From a virus (taxonomy: Duplodnaviria > Caudoviricetes): 64,000 nucleotides of DNA. Below are positions 20,730 to 30,956 of this stretch, piece by piece. A program made the translations under genes and the position numbers. The notes under the pieces were generated by a model that was not told the origin of the DNA, did not search any database, and was given only the letters and a program-made list of their open reading frames with translations. Positions within the stretch are counted from its first letter, which is position 1, and each line of letters starts with the position of its first letter. The stretch lies in the IMG/VR virus record IMGVR_UViG_3300022666_000111; one strand, given 5' to 3'.

Positions 20730-21672
20730 CGTCATCCATGAGGCGGTCGAAGATGTCACGGGGTTCTACCGTAGGCTGCGGCGGTGCGATCCGTTGGAAG
20801 CCGACAAGCGGGACCTGTGTGAAGGGCGCCGCTCCCGGTGGACGCTCTATCGGGGTCTCCTCAAAGCGGTTCGTCTCCCCATTGTAGGCCATGACGATCT
20901 CAGCTCCGTCGAGAGCGGCCCACCCTAACGCCGTGTAGCGACACACGATTCCAAGCTCGTTGATGCGCGCACGCTGCCCGAGGCGCGGCTGAGTGAATGA
21001 CCACGCCCCTCTCCAGAAGGTCACAATATCGTCAGGGTGGTCATACCAGGCGCCGGACGGGTTGCCGCTTACAATGTAAGTGACCCCCTCAGATGGTTCA
21101 GGTGGGGGATCGTCCCGGAACGCGGAGACTTGGAGGGTGGTGCATTGTCCCGGCTCATGGGGCTCAAAGCAGATGGGACATAGCTGCATCTGAACGCTGG
21201 TCCCCATCGAGACGCCGTGGACTTGACCACGCTGGATCTGGTCTCGGATCTCGCGAGGGACCTCAAGGGTCACGTCGCCGAAAGGCGTGGTGGCGCGCAC
21301 GACGTCCTCAATGGTGAACCTATCAAGGAAGTTGTGGAGCTGGTACGAGATGGTTGTCGCACGGTCGTCATTGTCGGCTCTTCTGATTGTGATAGTGCTC
21401 CCGTCGTCTCTGTCGACAACCACGAGGGTGTCATCCGTGTTGCTGCGAAATTGACGCCCTGTTAGCTGGGCCAGGTAGCTGTACCAGAAGAAGAACTCCT
21501 CAAGCGGGATGATCCAGTGTCGATCCGGGGTCGCCCCGAATTGCATGATCGTGACGTTCGTATCACTCCGGGCTAGAATCAAGGCGACTGCTGGAGTGTC
21601 TTGTGCGGCGATGACTCGGGTTGCTGTGTTGAGAATCCAGCGTTCACCGATCTGCGGGTCACGTACCGGCAT
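20722..21672 (-). CDS. multidomain protein with DUF2793-like segment
   Basis: PPPEPSEGVTYIVSGNPSGAWYDH...GAWSFTQPRLG resembles DUF2793; ends RDIFDRLMDDDD. Confidence 0.65.
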   Translation of the reverse strand: MPVRDPQIGERWILNTATRVIAAQDTPAVALILARSDTNVTIMQFGATPDRHWIIPLEEFFFWYSYLAQLTGRQFRSNTDDTLVVVDRDDGSTITIRRADNDDRATTISYQLHNFLDRFTIEDVVRATTPFGDVTLEVPREIRDQIQRGQVHGVSMGTSVQMQLCPICFEPHEPGQCTTLQVSAFRDDPPPEPSEGVTYIVSGNPSGAWYDHPDDIVTFWRGAWSFTQPRLGQRARINELGIVCRYTALGWAALDGAEIVMAYNGETNRFEETPIERPPGAAPFTQVPLVGFQRIAPPQPTVEPRDIFDRLMDDDD

Positions 21673-23208
21673 TTAGTCCCCCCACCCAAACGGGTCCTCG
21701 TTAGCAAGTCGTTCGAATGCGTCCTTTCGCTCCACACGCTTCCACGTGCCGCCCTCAAGAAATGCCCTGGCGGAGGCTTGCACACGGATGCCGTTTGAAT
21801 CCTCGAGGGTGGCTATGCCCAGAGCAGGGTCAAGGAGGGCGACCGTGTAGCTCACTCCCTTTTGGTCAATCCACTCTTCACCCACGTGGCATTCAAGAGG
21901 AATCACGCGTTCTTCAACTTGCGTGTAGTTACGCCACAAGTCTGGGATCAGCATCCGTAAGATGTGCCCGTCAGCGTTACGGACGGCCACGTGGCGCATC
22001 CCTTCGACGACGTCCGAATCGGTGATGACCACGAGGGCTCCATTGCCTCGGCACACCCAAATGCTTCCGATTGGCGGGGCAGCTTCCTCGTCGAACCGGA
22101 TGTAGTCACGCACGAAGGCCATGAGCGGGATGGTCCCCGGGGTTCCAGCCTCGTCCGTGACGTTGACTTGACAAGGGGCGCCCAAGCCTTGACCGTGCCC
22201 GTTCACTGTGATGAAGGAGCCGTCCGATCGGGGGTTCCTCCACATAGAGCCGCTTGGTGGCGCCACGTCGGCGATAGGCCGGAAGCCACGCTCGAAGTCC
22301 TCCTGGGTGACGACGATCCTTTCCGAACCTACGTGGTGCCCTACGCGGTCAAGGATACGCCCGGAGCCTCCGAAGGAATGATGCGCATAGGCGACGTAGT
22401 CCGTGAGGCGAATGAATTGATCGCCTTGAGGCATGGTGATGTTCGTCGTATTGGCAGCGACGATCGTTACGGGGCCTGGGCTGACTATGACGGGGAGCCC
22501 AGCGAACATACGCCCGCCGCCATGAACGGTCCCTCTTGTGACGAGCGTACGCATCCCCCCGCTATCATGCAGGGGGATCTGGCTGTTATCCAAGACGACA
22601 AGGTTGCACGTGGATTCGTCCATGCGAACGAAGGTAGCGTTGCGGCCGTTGACCCGTAGGCGACGGCGCGCTTGGGAGACGGCGTCCCCCATACGCTGCA
22701 TCGGGACTGAGCTATCAAGGGTCTGCCATTGGGCCTGGCATTGGGGGCACGTTGAGCGGACGCCCTCAAGGTGTGATCCGCAAGACGGGCAAGAAGAAAG
22801 GTTCGGTCCTGGAGGGAACTCCTCCCGAGAGGCAGCAGCGGCTATGCCCGGGATCACCGTTGACGTGGGATCGTCCCCGGGGAAGTACGTAGGCTGGTTG
22901 ATGGAGATGTGCCGGTGACAGACCCTCCGTATGACGCCCTGAACGGACTGCCGCAAGAAGGAGACCTCTTGGCAGCCTTGTGCTTCACAGAGCTGGATCT
23001 CTCCTTCTTGGGGTATGGGCGTGATTCGCGCGAGCCGCCACATGTGAAGCATGGACCGGATGGGCATACTTGTGCTGCGGCCCGTTTGTGAAATAAGAAG
23101 AGCAGTGTCACCGTCCGAGGATATCGCGGCGACACAACCGAGCATCGTGTTACCCTCGAACGATTGTGTACTCCAGACCTCACCACGGACAGGGTTATCA
23201 GCAGGCAT
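21673..23208 (-). CDS. multidomain protein with repeated GxxW beta-domains and Zn fingers
   Basis: RGEVW, SGSMW, IGSIW and VGEEW repeats; CxxC pairs. Confidence 0.7.
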   Translation of the reverse strand: MPADNPVRGEVWSTQSFEGNTMLGCVAAISSDGDTALLISQTGRSTSMPIRSMLHMWRLARITPIPQEGEIQLCEAQGCQEVSFLRQSVQGVIRRVCHRHISINQPTYFPGDDPTSTVIPGIAAAASREEFPPGPNLSSCPSCGSHLEGVRSTCPQCQAQWQTLDSSVPMQRMGDAVSQARRRLRVNGRNATFVRMDESTCNLVVLDNSQIPLHDSGGMRTLVTRGTVHGGGRMFAGLPVIVSPGPVTIVAANTTNITMPQGDQFIRLTDYVAYAHHSFGGSGRILDRVGHHVGSERIVVTQEDFERGFRPIADVAPPSGSMWRNPRSDGSFITVNGHGQGLGAPCQVNVTDEAGTPGTIPLMAFVRDYIRFDEEAAPPIGSIWVCRGNGALVVITDSDVVEGMRHVAVRNADGHILRMLIPDLWRNYTQVEERVIPLECHVGEEWIDQKGVSYTVALLDPALGIATLEDSNGIRVQASARAFLEGGTWKRVERKDAFERLANEDPFGWGD

Positions 23209-23242
23209 GAGGGGTTCTACACCGTTGGTGTAGGGGCTGAAC

Positions 23243-23644
23243 ATGAAGATTCTAGTGACCGGCTCACGAGAATGGTGTGACGAGGCTCTCGTGGCCAAGG
23301 TGCTCGCCAAGTACCCCAAGGGGACGATCCTCGTCCATGGTGATGCGCATGGGGCTGACCGTATCGCCGCCAAGGTCGGCAGAAAGCTCGGCTTCGATGT
23401 CCGACCCTACCCGGCTAACTGGGACGCCTATGGCAATGCCGCAGGACGCTTGCGCAATCAGGAGATGCTCGACAAGGAGGGTCCATTCGACGAAGCCCTT
23501 GCCTTTCATGACGACCCCAACCTGGGAAAGGGCACCTTTGATATGGTCATCCGGCTCAAACGCGCCAAGACCTCAACCAGAGTATTCTCGCACGCGTTCC
23601 CCGAAGGAAAACTTCTCGACGAGGTTGACAGCTCTCCGGTGTAG
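23243..23644 (+). CDS. SLOG superfamily protein (DUF2493/YspA-like)
   Basis: ILVTGSR, LVHGDAHGAD, YGNAAGRLRNQEML, KGTFDM. Confidence 0.85.
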   Translation: MKILVTGSREWCDEALVAKVLAKYPKGTILVHGDAHGADRIAAKVGRKLGFDVRPYPANWDAYGNAAGRLRNQEMLDKEGPFDEALAFHDDPNLGKGTFDMVIRLKRAKTSTRVFSHAFPEGKLLDEVDSSPV

Positions 23645-23761
23645 GGTTACGGTGAGGCAACCACCATGATGCACTTCTGGTAAATACGCGGTCCACCGAT
23701 CTCCCAGTCATTTTCCACCATGACTGTACGGTGTCTTTTAGTAAATGACAGGAGATCGAAG

Positions 23762-24139
23762 ATGACAACACGTAAGCAAGCAATTCTCAAGATCCGCGAA
23801 ACACTCAAGCTCCACGTTGCCGCCGCCCACGAGGCGCGTCGCCGCATCCAAGAGAAGAAGATGGAGCCCTCGAGCCCTGCCCGGGGAGCTGCCCTCATGA
23901 ACCTCTGGGGTGAGAAGCGCTACGCCCAATCCGATCGGCGTGACTGCTGCCTCGCTCTTGCGTACCTCCGGGGGCGCTCCTACGCCGCTTGTGAGCGCGC
24001 GCACGGGTCGAAGCCCTACGCTGGGGCCGTCGCGAGCCTTCTCAAGGAGGCTGGGATCCTTGTGACCAAGGAGATGGTTCAAGCCTGGGTTGACGGCGCA
24101 GCGCCCGCCATGCCCGCAACCGAAGAGGTGGCTGCATGA
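23762..24139 (+). CDS. hypothetical protein
   Basis: AGGAG RBS; LALAYLRGRSYAACE. Confidence 0.6.
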   Translation: MTTRKQAILKIRETLKLHVAAAHEARRRIQEKKMEPSSPARGAALMNLWGEKRYAQSDRRDCCLALAYLRGRSYAACERAHGSKPYAGAVASLLKEAGILVTKEMVQAWVDGAAPAMPATEEVAA

Positions 24140-24576
24140 GGACCATCTCTGAAACGAAGACCGTCCCGGCCGAGGACGTCACGATCACGACCTACGGATG
24201 CGACGAGTGTGAATTCGTCGCAGACCACAAGGAGCAGGTCGAGAGGCACTTTGCCGAGACGCACGCTTGCCGCAAAGAGGCGGAGGTTGGGAACAGCACG
24301 CTCCGTTGGTTCAAGACGGAAGAGGACGCCAAGGTCTGGCTTCGACGGAACGAGGATTGGTACCGCGTCCAAGAGGTCACGTGGGAAGGCCCGGGTTGGT
24401 ATGCGTCGGAGACGTGGTCGGAGCCCTGCCCCAAGGGTTGCTGCACCGACCATTGCATCCGGCTCTACCCTGCGGAGTCCAAGGTGAACAACGCGGTCTA
24501 CGAGGCGCGGGAGATCATGCAGCAAGTCGCTGTGCTCCGAAAATTCCTCAAGGAGAACGGCGATGCGCCCGGATGA
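24136..24576 (+). CDS. hypothetical protein with C2H2-like Zn finger
   Basis: CDEC...HFAETH. Confidence 0.55.
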   Translation: MRTISETKTVPAEDVTITTYGCDECEFVADHKEQVERHFAETHACRKEAEVGNSTLRWFKTEEDAKVWLRRNEDWYRVQEVTWEGPGWYASETWSEPCPKGCCTDHCIRLYPAESKVNNAVYEAREIMQQVAVLRKFLKENGDAPG

Positions 24577-24892
24577 CAAGCTCTATCTCGTGACCCGGGC
24601 GGACCTCGCGCCCGGGGCGCAGGCGGTCCAAGCAGCTCACGCGCTCCAGCAATTCAACGTGGAGCACCCTGACACTGCGCGGGCTTGGCATACGGAGAGC
24701 AACTACCTCGCCCTGCTCTCCGTTCCAAACGAGGCGCGGCTTGCGGAGGTTCTTCGAAAGGCAAAAAGGCGGGGGCTTGAAGCCTCCGCCTTTCGGGAGC
24801 CAGACTTTGGGGATGCTCTTACGGCTATCGCAATCGCTCCGGGGGAGGATGCCCGCGCTATCACACGGTCCCTCCCCCTCGCCCTTGCTTAG
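24563..24892 (+). CDS. peptidyl-tRNA hydrolase 2 (PTH2)-like protein
   Basis: KLYLVTRADLAPGAQAVQAAHA...FREPD...TAIAIAP...LPL. Confidence 0.75.
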   Translation: MRPDDKLYLVTRADLAPGAQAVQAAHALQQFNVEHPDTARAWHTESNYLALLSVPNEARLAEVLRKAKRRGLEASAFREPDFGDALTAIAIAPGEDARAITRSLPLALA

Positions 24893-25350
24893 AAGTCTCG
24901 GCGGCTAACGCCGTAGTAGCGGTAGGCGTCGCGGCTGAAGTCGGCGGCGTCGGCTTCTTCATAGCGCGCGTCGCTCTGGGCGTCGCCGATCACCTTGGCA
25001 TTGACCAAGGTGAGGTACTCGGCCAAGGGGGCGACGTTGTAGTTCTCAAGCCAAACCGTGAGGTCGTCATCGTCGTCGGCAATCAGGATCTCGGTATCCG
25101 TGAATTCGCAGTCAACATCGTCGTCGACGATGTTCATGGTCGCCTTGATGCATTCGCTAATCACGATCGTGCAGGTCCCTCGGTACTCGGTCACAGTGTA
25201 GCGGCGGCCGTCTTCGTCGGCTTCTTCGCGGCTCTCCGCTTCCATCTTGGTGATTTCGAAGTGAAGGGCGTCCGTATCGATGCCTTCCGCGCGGAGGGCC
25301 TTGGCGAGGTTTTCGATCTTGGCGGTGCGGCTGGCGTTGGTGTTCATCAT
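24889..25350 (-). CDS. hypothetical protein
   Basis: ATG 33 nt after TTGATC (25383). Confidence 0.6.
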   Translation of the reverse strand: MMNTNASRTAKIENLAKALRAEGIDTDALHFEITKMEAESREEADEDGRRYTVTEYRGTCTIVISECIKATMNIVDDDVDCEFTDTEILIADDDDDLTVWLENYNVAPLAEYLTLVNAKVIGDAQSDARYEEADAADFSRDAYRYYGVSRRDF

Positions 25351-25435
25351 GGTGGGTTAATGCCGGAGCCTTCTTACGATCAACGGAAATCGTCATCGGT
25401 TTGACTCGAACCCAGAATGGTGCTACGTTCCGGGT

Positions 25436-26119
25436 ATGAGTTACTTTTGCGACGATGCTGAGTTCACACGGCTGGCGGCCCTTAGCCGGTCTCCTTCAAG
25501 TCTTGTTCGCCTGTTGGGTCGGGCGGTCGGGGGGAATAATGTCGAGCTGGTCAAAAGAGAAGCGGCCAGGCTTGGGCTTGACACGTCCCATTGGAACGGG
25601 GCTGGGAGGGTCCTTCCGAAAGTTGGATCCTCCCAAGTGCTGATCGAAAATGGCGTACATGCTACAAGTGTCGTCAAACGGGTTGTGCTTCGAGAGCGCC
25701 TGATCCCCTACACGTGCGCCCTTTGTGGACGTGACCCAGAGTGGAATGGGCGCCCCTTAGTTCTTCGGTTAGATCACGTGAACGGCGTACGCACGGATCA
25801 CAGGATCACCAATTTGCGCTTCCTGTGTCCCAACTGCGATTCCCAAACGGAGACCTATTGTGGTGGGAACCGGCGCATCTACAAGGATCACAAGAGGTGC
25901 TCTTGCGGTGCCGTGATCCAACGTCGAAGCACGGCTTGCAAGTCGTGCTCGGTTAAGGCTCGAAACCAGCCCCCAAAGGCGGAGTGGCCCCCGGATGCAG
26001 AGCTTCTAAGGCGTGTCCGGGAGTCATCTTTCTTGGCGGTTGCACGTGCGCTCGGTGTATCAGACAATGCAGTACGGAAGCACATGCGGGCTCGTCACCT
26101 AGTGGTCGAAGGTAGCTGA
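25436..26119 (+). CDS. HNH homing endonuclease with C-terminal HTH
   Basis: LRLDHVNGVRTDHRITNLRFLCPNCDSQT; VARALGVSDNAVRK. Confidence 0.9.
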   Translation: MSYFCDDAEFTRLAALSRSPSSLVRLLGRAVGGNNVELVKREAARLGLDTSHWNGAGRVLPKVGSSQVLIENGVHATSVVKRVVLRERLIPYTCALCGRDPEWNGRPLVLRLDHVNGVRTDHRITNLRFLCPNCDSQTETYCGGNRRIYKDHKRCSCGAVIQRRSTACKSCSVKARNQPPKAEWPPDAELLRRVRESSFLAVARALGVSDNAVRKHMRARHLVVEGS

Positions 26120-26179
26120 TTTTAACCCAGCCGCAGGGTAATACCGCCAACGAGGGTTCGAATCCCTCCGAGCCCACCA
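26088..26179 (+). tRNA. class II tRNA with UUA anticodon (putative ochre suppressor, Tyr-like)
   Basis: GGGCTCG/CGAGCCC acceptor, GCTGA-TTTTAAC-CCAGC arm, long variable arm, TTCGAAT T-loop, ACCA. Confidence 0.6.
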
Positions 26180-26191
26180 CATGAGATGTCC

Positions 26192-26233
26192 AAGAACCGC
26201 GCGTCGCGGGTTCAACTCCTGCCGAGGGCACCA
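26192..26233 (+). pseudogene. orphan tRNA 3' half
   Basis: GCGGG-TTCAACT-CCTGC-CGAGGGC-ACCA with no 5' half. Confidence 0.7.
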
Positions 26234-26643
26234 TGCCGACACCCGTCACAGTAGGTAGCCTCTGGGAGAATCCACACTTCCCAGGCGTGGTCTACGAGGT
26301 AATCGATACAACCGAAGAGGACATGTACGGGTACCCTTACATCACGATCCGAAACAACGGGAGGGTGTCGGCCGTAGACGCTACACAATTCCGGGAGGAC
26401 TTCGCTCCCATTGAGGATGAGATGGCACGGGAAGAGCAGACGGCGTTCGATAGGCTCATGGCGGACGACATCTTGCCCGAGCCCACGGGCAAGGATGCTG
26501 GGCTGGTCTCCAGCGTCACGGTCGAGACGGTCGGGAGTCATGACGTTGTGCGGGTTTGGAACCGAGGCGGGTTGGCGGGGATGCTGACGGTCTGCAAGGG
26601 GGACGGCGATGCCTTGCGTCAGAGGTTGCTTGGCAGATCCTGA
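26233..26643 (+). CDS. hypothetical protein with GxxW domain
   Basis: VGSLW; internal TAFDRLMADDIL. Confidence 0.6.
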   Translation: MPTPVTVGSLWENPHFPGVVYEVIDTTEEDMYGYPYITIRNNGRVSAVDATQFREDFAPIEDEMAREEQTAFDRLMADDILPEPTGKDAGLVSSVTVETVGSHDVVRVWNRGGLAGMLTVCKGDGDALRQRLLGRS

Positions 26644-26853
26644 CGCCGTGTGCGCCCGGTGTGGGGCAGCCGAGGGCATTCAGCTTGAGGATGCCAGGAC
26701 GGAGTATGCTCAACCCGAGCCTGACTTCTTCGACCACCTCATAGGGGAGCCTCCTCCGGATCCGAATGCGCCCGTCCCCTTGTGTCGGGCTTGCGCTGAG
26801 GAGCACCATGAATTCTGGGATGCAATGTGGCAGGACTACTATGAGGGTAGGCT

Positions 26854-27138
26854 CTAGGCCGAGATGACCTTGACGTGCTTGGCGTTGACCGAGGTATCGA
26901 TCTTGTTGCTCACGCTGTAGACCGTCCAGAAGCCGGTCTCGGGCTCATACTTCCCAAGGCTCATCTCGCCCTTCAAGAAGGCCACCCCGAATTTGGTCTT
27001 GACGATCTTGGTCACTTGAACCAAGGCCCAGCCGTTCCAGTGGTTTTTGTACTGGGGGTACGCTGCGTGGGCTGCCTCGGCCTTGGCTTTGATGGTGCTC
27101 TTGATGTTGGCGTTGTGGGTGGCTTCGAGGTTCATCAT
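26854..27138 (-). CDS. hypothetical protein
   Basis: ATG 33 nt after TTGATC (27171). Confidence 0.65.
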   Translation of the reverse strand: MMNLEATHNANIKSTIKAKAEAAHAAYPQYKNHWNGWALVQVTKIVKTKFGVAFLKGEMSLGKYEPETGFWTVYSVSNKIDTSVNAKHVKVISA

Positions 27139-27173
27139 GCCCCTAGTATGCTGGGGGCTGGCAGCGATCAACC

Positions 27174-28490
27174 TCAATTCGCATTGAGAAGGATCTCGGC
27201 GACGTTTGACCAGAGGCGCTCAATCTCGCTGACATGCGCCTTGGTGCCGTCGCCGCTCCCCGAGGTCTTGTGGGCAAGCTCGTGGATGAGGACTTGGAGC
27301 GCTTGCTTCTGTGTGTCCAGAGCCTTCTTGGCAAGGAGGATGCGGCCGTCCTTGCACATCCCGTGGATGTCAGGGTCGCGGAAATCCGTGACGTCGATGT
27401 CGGCCAAGCCGATCGCTTCCCCCGCCTGCTCAAGAAGAGCGATGGCCCGCTTGAGGTGTGTTTGCGCATCGAGGCTCAAGGCGTGCCAGCCGTAGATCAC
27501 GGTCGCCTCGTTCCGGAGCTTCTCCTTGATGACGTCCGTGGTCCCCATGATGCTCCGTAGGATTGCACCCAGGGGCTTGTTCACGACGATGCCTTGCTTG
27601 CCGAGGTGGCCGATCTCAGCAGACTCCGCGAGGTTGGATACGGGGACGGCGTCTTGACCGTGCCGGGAGATGAAGGCGGAGGTGACTTGCTGCCGAAGTT
27701 CTCGGTCCATGAAGCCCGCCGCGTATTCATCGATCCCGCTCAAGTCACGGGCTGAATCCTCAAGCATGGCCGTGAAGTTCTCGAATAGGTCGGGGCGGCG
27801 GTTGACGGCTTCCTGCCAAATGGCGCGGATGCGGTAGTTGAGGTCCCAGGATTCAACCATACGCCGGTCGCGGTCAAGGTCAGCCTCATTGAGGTTGTAG
27901 CCGTAGGCCAAGTCGGGCATGTACTGAACAAAGATGCCTCGGACGAAGACGCGGCCCTTGTTCTCGGGGTTGATGAGGATCGTGCCGTTGCCGGTTTGGA
28001 CCGTGGTGCCTTCGTCCTCGAGGAAGAGGAAGTTTTTCCGCATCAGCTTCCAATCCTCGCGGCTGATGTCGTCAATCTCGATCGAGACGCGGTTGTAGGT
28101 GTTCTGGAGCGTGCGGGTCTTGAAGACCAGGACCGGCTCGTTGAAGGTTTCGGAATTCTCGATGACGGGGATCCAGGATTCGCCCCCGGTGACGATACGG
28201 ACGGCGTGCCCCGCGCGAACAAGGGCAAGGACGCCGAGCTTGAGGCCCTCTCCGAATTTGCCGATGAGGTCGGCGCGGCCAACCTTGGTGGTCTGACCGA
28301 GGAGGAGGTCCCGCTTGTCGAGGGTTGAGCCCTCATTGGTGATAACGACCTTGCCGCCTTGGTAGGCCACGGACATCGGGGCATTGTGCTCCACCTCTGC
28401 GTCGCGGGCGTTTTGAATCAGCTCGCGCAACCCCTCATAAGCTCCCCAGGTAGGTAGGTATGTCACTTTGATTGTTAGCTCGATACGCAT
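27174..28490 (-). CDS. GHKL-type ATPase with C-terminal HExxH motif
   Basis: LRELIQNARD, IGKFGEGLKLG; LIHELAH. Confidence 0.8.
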   Translation of the reverse strand: MRIELTIKVTYLPTWGAYEGLRELIQNARDAEVEHNAPMSVAYQGGKVVITNEGSTLDKRDLLLGQTTKVGRADLIGKFGEGLKLGVLALVRAGHAVRIVTGGESWIPVIENSETFNEPVLVFKTRTLQNTYNRVSIEIDDISREDWKLMRKNFLFLEDEGTTVQTGNGTILINPENKGRVFVRGIFVQYMPDLAYGYNLNEADLDRDRRMVESWDLNYRIRAIWQEAVNRRPDLFENFTAMLEDSARDLSGIDEYAAGFMDRELRQQVTSAFISRHGQDAVPVSNLAESAEIGHLGKQGIVVNKPLGAILRSIMGTTDVIKEKLRNEATVIYGWHALSLDAQTHLKRAIALLEQAGEAIGLADIDVTDFRDPDIHGMCKDGRILLAKKALDTQKQALQVLIHELAHKTSGSGDGTKAHVSEIERLWSNVAEILLNAN

Positions 28491-28956
28491 TGGTTCATGT
28501 CTCCGAGAGGTTTCTCTTCCGGGGCTGGTATGCCGGTGGGGTAGAGGGATCAACGTATTTGGGGTGGGGAAATGAATTTGACCGTGAAATCAGATGCTGT
28601 CTTGGCGATCATTGATGCAGAGGTATTGGGACCGAGGGCACCCAGAAAACCGTTGATCACGGAGCCCGTCCGGCATGTTGGGCACATGGAGAGCATCGAC
28701 TTCCAAATCGCAAGAATGGCCCAGGCTTTTGACCTTGGAATCAGCGACGAAGTCGCTGTGAGCATCCTGGCTAAGGATGACATCACGGGGGCCGCCGCCT
28801 TCTACATCATCCAGGCTGCGCACCTGCTATCAAACGATCGCGGGTGAATTCCCTGGCGCCAAGGTTCGGAACGGTGTAGGTAATGCCCGTGCCGTAACTT
28901 TGGCCCACACGGGCATGCTGGCAACACTTGGCGGCTTCGGCCGCATGGAGGATCAA

Positions 28957-30540
28957 ATGGCAAGCAAGATTCTGTTCCCAGGGGCGAAGCCGTCTGTTCA
29001 GGCGGCGGACACGGTCAACGAGGCGGGTGGGGCGGCGTACCAGATGACGCCAAAGATGGCCCTGGCTCAATTGGCGGTGACGGGGTGCCTGTCCAATACG
29101 TACTACGTGTCGGACAAGATGCAGCTCGAGGCCGTCTTGAACGCAGCCGTCGCGTGCGATCCGGAGTACGTTGCGAAGGTGGCGCTCTACGCACACGAGA
29201 AGGGCTTCATGAAGGACATGCCTGCGGTTCTTGCGGCCTACCTGGCTGCGATGAATGGGGCGCTCCTCGAGCCCATCTTCCCGCGTGTCATCAACAACGG
29301 CAAGATGCTCCGCAACTTCGTCCAGGTCATCCGGTCTGGCGCGTTGGGGCGCAAGAGCTTCGGAACGCGTCCGAAGAGGATGATCCAGAGCTGGTTCGAG
29401 AGCCGTAAGGACGGCGTGGTCTTCACGAACTCCACGGGTAACGATCCGTCGATGGCGGACGTTATCAAGCTCATCCGGCCGGTTCCGGGGACGGTGGAGC
29501 GTTCGGCGCTCTATGCCTACCTGCTTGGGAAGGACAAGTTCAAGTTCCAGGGGCAGGAGCTGGTGACGTCGGAGCATGTTCCGGAAGAGGTCAAGAGCTT
29601 CCTGGCATTCAAGGCGGACCCGGCCAAGGTTGCTGTCCCGGAGAAGGGTGTCCCCTTCGAGATGCTCGTCGGTGTTGAGGGCATCACGGAGAAGGGCTGG
29701 AAGCAGCTTGCGGAGAGGGCTACGTGGACGCAGCTCCGTATGAACCTCAACACGTTCCTGCGTCACGGGGTCTTCTCGGACAAGAGGCTCACCAAGAAGC
29801 TGGCCGACAAGCTCGGATCGGCGGAAGAGGTTGCGAAGGCACACTGCTTCCCCTACCAGCTCCTGGCGGCCTACAAGAACGTGGGTACGGAGATGCCCAC
29901 GGAGATCACCCTGGCGTTGCAGGACGCCTTGGAGGCTGCTACCAAGAACATCCCGGTGTTCGCGGGTTCGGTCGTGATTTGCCCGGACGTTTCGGGCTCC
30001 ATGTCAGCCTACGTCACGGGACGTCAGGGCAGCAAGACGCCTTCGAAGGTCACCTGCATTGACGTTGCAGCCTTGGTTGCAGCGAGCGTCTTGAGGACCA
30101 ACCAGACTGCGAGGGTCATCCCCTTCGAGCAGAGCGTGGTTGGCGTCAAGGTCAATCCTCGCGATTCGGTCATGACGAACGCGCAGAAGCTTTCGTCCAT
30201 CGGCGGAGGCGGGACCAACTGCTCGGCGCCCCTGGCCTTGCTCAACAAGGAGAACGCCGCGCCGGATGTGGTCATCTTCATCTCGGACTACGAGTCATGG
30301 GTTGATCGTGAGTACGGGCACGGTACTGGGATGCTCACGGAGTGGCAGCAGATCGTCAAGCGTAACCCCAAGGCCAAGCTGATCTGCATCGACGTGACGC
30401 CTTCGTCCACGCACCAGGTCCCAAGTCGTCCTGGGATCCTTCAGGTCGGCGGGTTCTCGGACGAGGTCTTCAACGTCATCGGGGCCTTCGTCTCCGGCGA
30501 CGCCTCGAGTTGGGTTGCCTCGATCGAATCCTACAAATAG
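28957..30540 (+). CDS. Ro60/Rsr TROVE-vWA RNA-binding protein
   Basis: NEAGGAAY, LAQLAVTGC, MKDMPA, MLRNFVQ, LRMNLNTFLRHG, FPYQL, vWA DVSGSM, GGGTNC, SDYESW. Confidence 0.93.
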   Translation: MASKILFPGAKPSVQAADTVNEAGGAAYQMTPKMALAQLAVTGCLSNTYYVSDKMQLEAVLNAAVACDPEYVAKVALYAHEKGFMKDMPAVLAAYLAAMNGALLEPIFPRVINNGKMLRNFVQVIRSGALGRKSFGTRPKRMIQSWFESRKDGVVFTNSTGNDPSMADVIKLIRPVPGTVERSALYAYLLGKDKFKFQGQELVTSEHVPEEVKSFLAFKADPAKVAVPEKGVPFEMLVGVEGITEKGWKQLAERATWTQLRMNLNTFLRHGVFSDKRLTKKLADKLGSAEEVAKAHCFPYQLLAAYKNVGTEMPTEITLALQDALEAATKNIPVFAGSVVICPDVSGSMSAYVTGRQGSKTPSKVTCIDVAALVAASVLRTNQTARVIPFEQSVVGVKVNPRDSVMTNAQKLSSIGGGGTNCSAPLALLNKENAAPDVVIFISDYESWVDREYGHGTGMLTEWQQIVKRNPKAKLICIDVTPSSTHQVPSRPGILQVGGFSDEVFNVIGAFVSGDASSWVASIESYK

Positions 30541-30610
30541 CCCGCCCTCGTCGGGGTAGTTGTTGATCATGCAGCTACCCCGGCATACATCCCCCAGAAA
30601 GGTAATCCCC

Positions 30611-30949
30611 ATGAACGTGCATCAGCAGCATCTGGACAAGTGTATCCGTGAATCAGTACCGACCGCATTGGAACATGTCGGTATGGCCGAGGTGGCGGAG
30701 AAGTTCCGAACGCTCCCCGCCATGACGGATGCCTACCGCGTTGAGAAGGCACAAGCGATGCTCGGTGCGGTCCTCCCAGAGCTTTGGGAGGCGGGGAAGG
30801 GATTGGAGAACGTGATTGAGGCCGGTTCGAAAGAGGTTGTCGTTGAGACCTTGAAGTACCGGAACGGGCTCCGGACGGCCAGAGCCCTGGTCGAGGCTGC
30901 CCGAAGCGCAACGAAACAAGCCCTCCGTGGAGGGCTTATCCTGAATTGA
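30611..30949 (+). CDS. hypothetical protein
   Basis: downstream of TTGATC promoter motif (30563). Confidence 0.55.
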   Translation: MNVHQQHLDKCIRESVPTALEHVGMAEVAEKFRTLPAMTDAYRVEKAQAMLGAVLPELWEAGKGLENVIEAGSKEVVVETLKYRNGLRTARALVEAARSATKQALRGGLILN

Positions 30950-30956
30950 GGTTGAT

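Noticed and set aside
28807-29844. Long antisense ORFs (also 31190-32062, 11504-12289, 34829-35740)
   Set aside because: Shadows of GC3-rich genes on the opposite strand, with no motifs.
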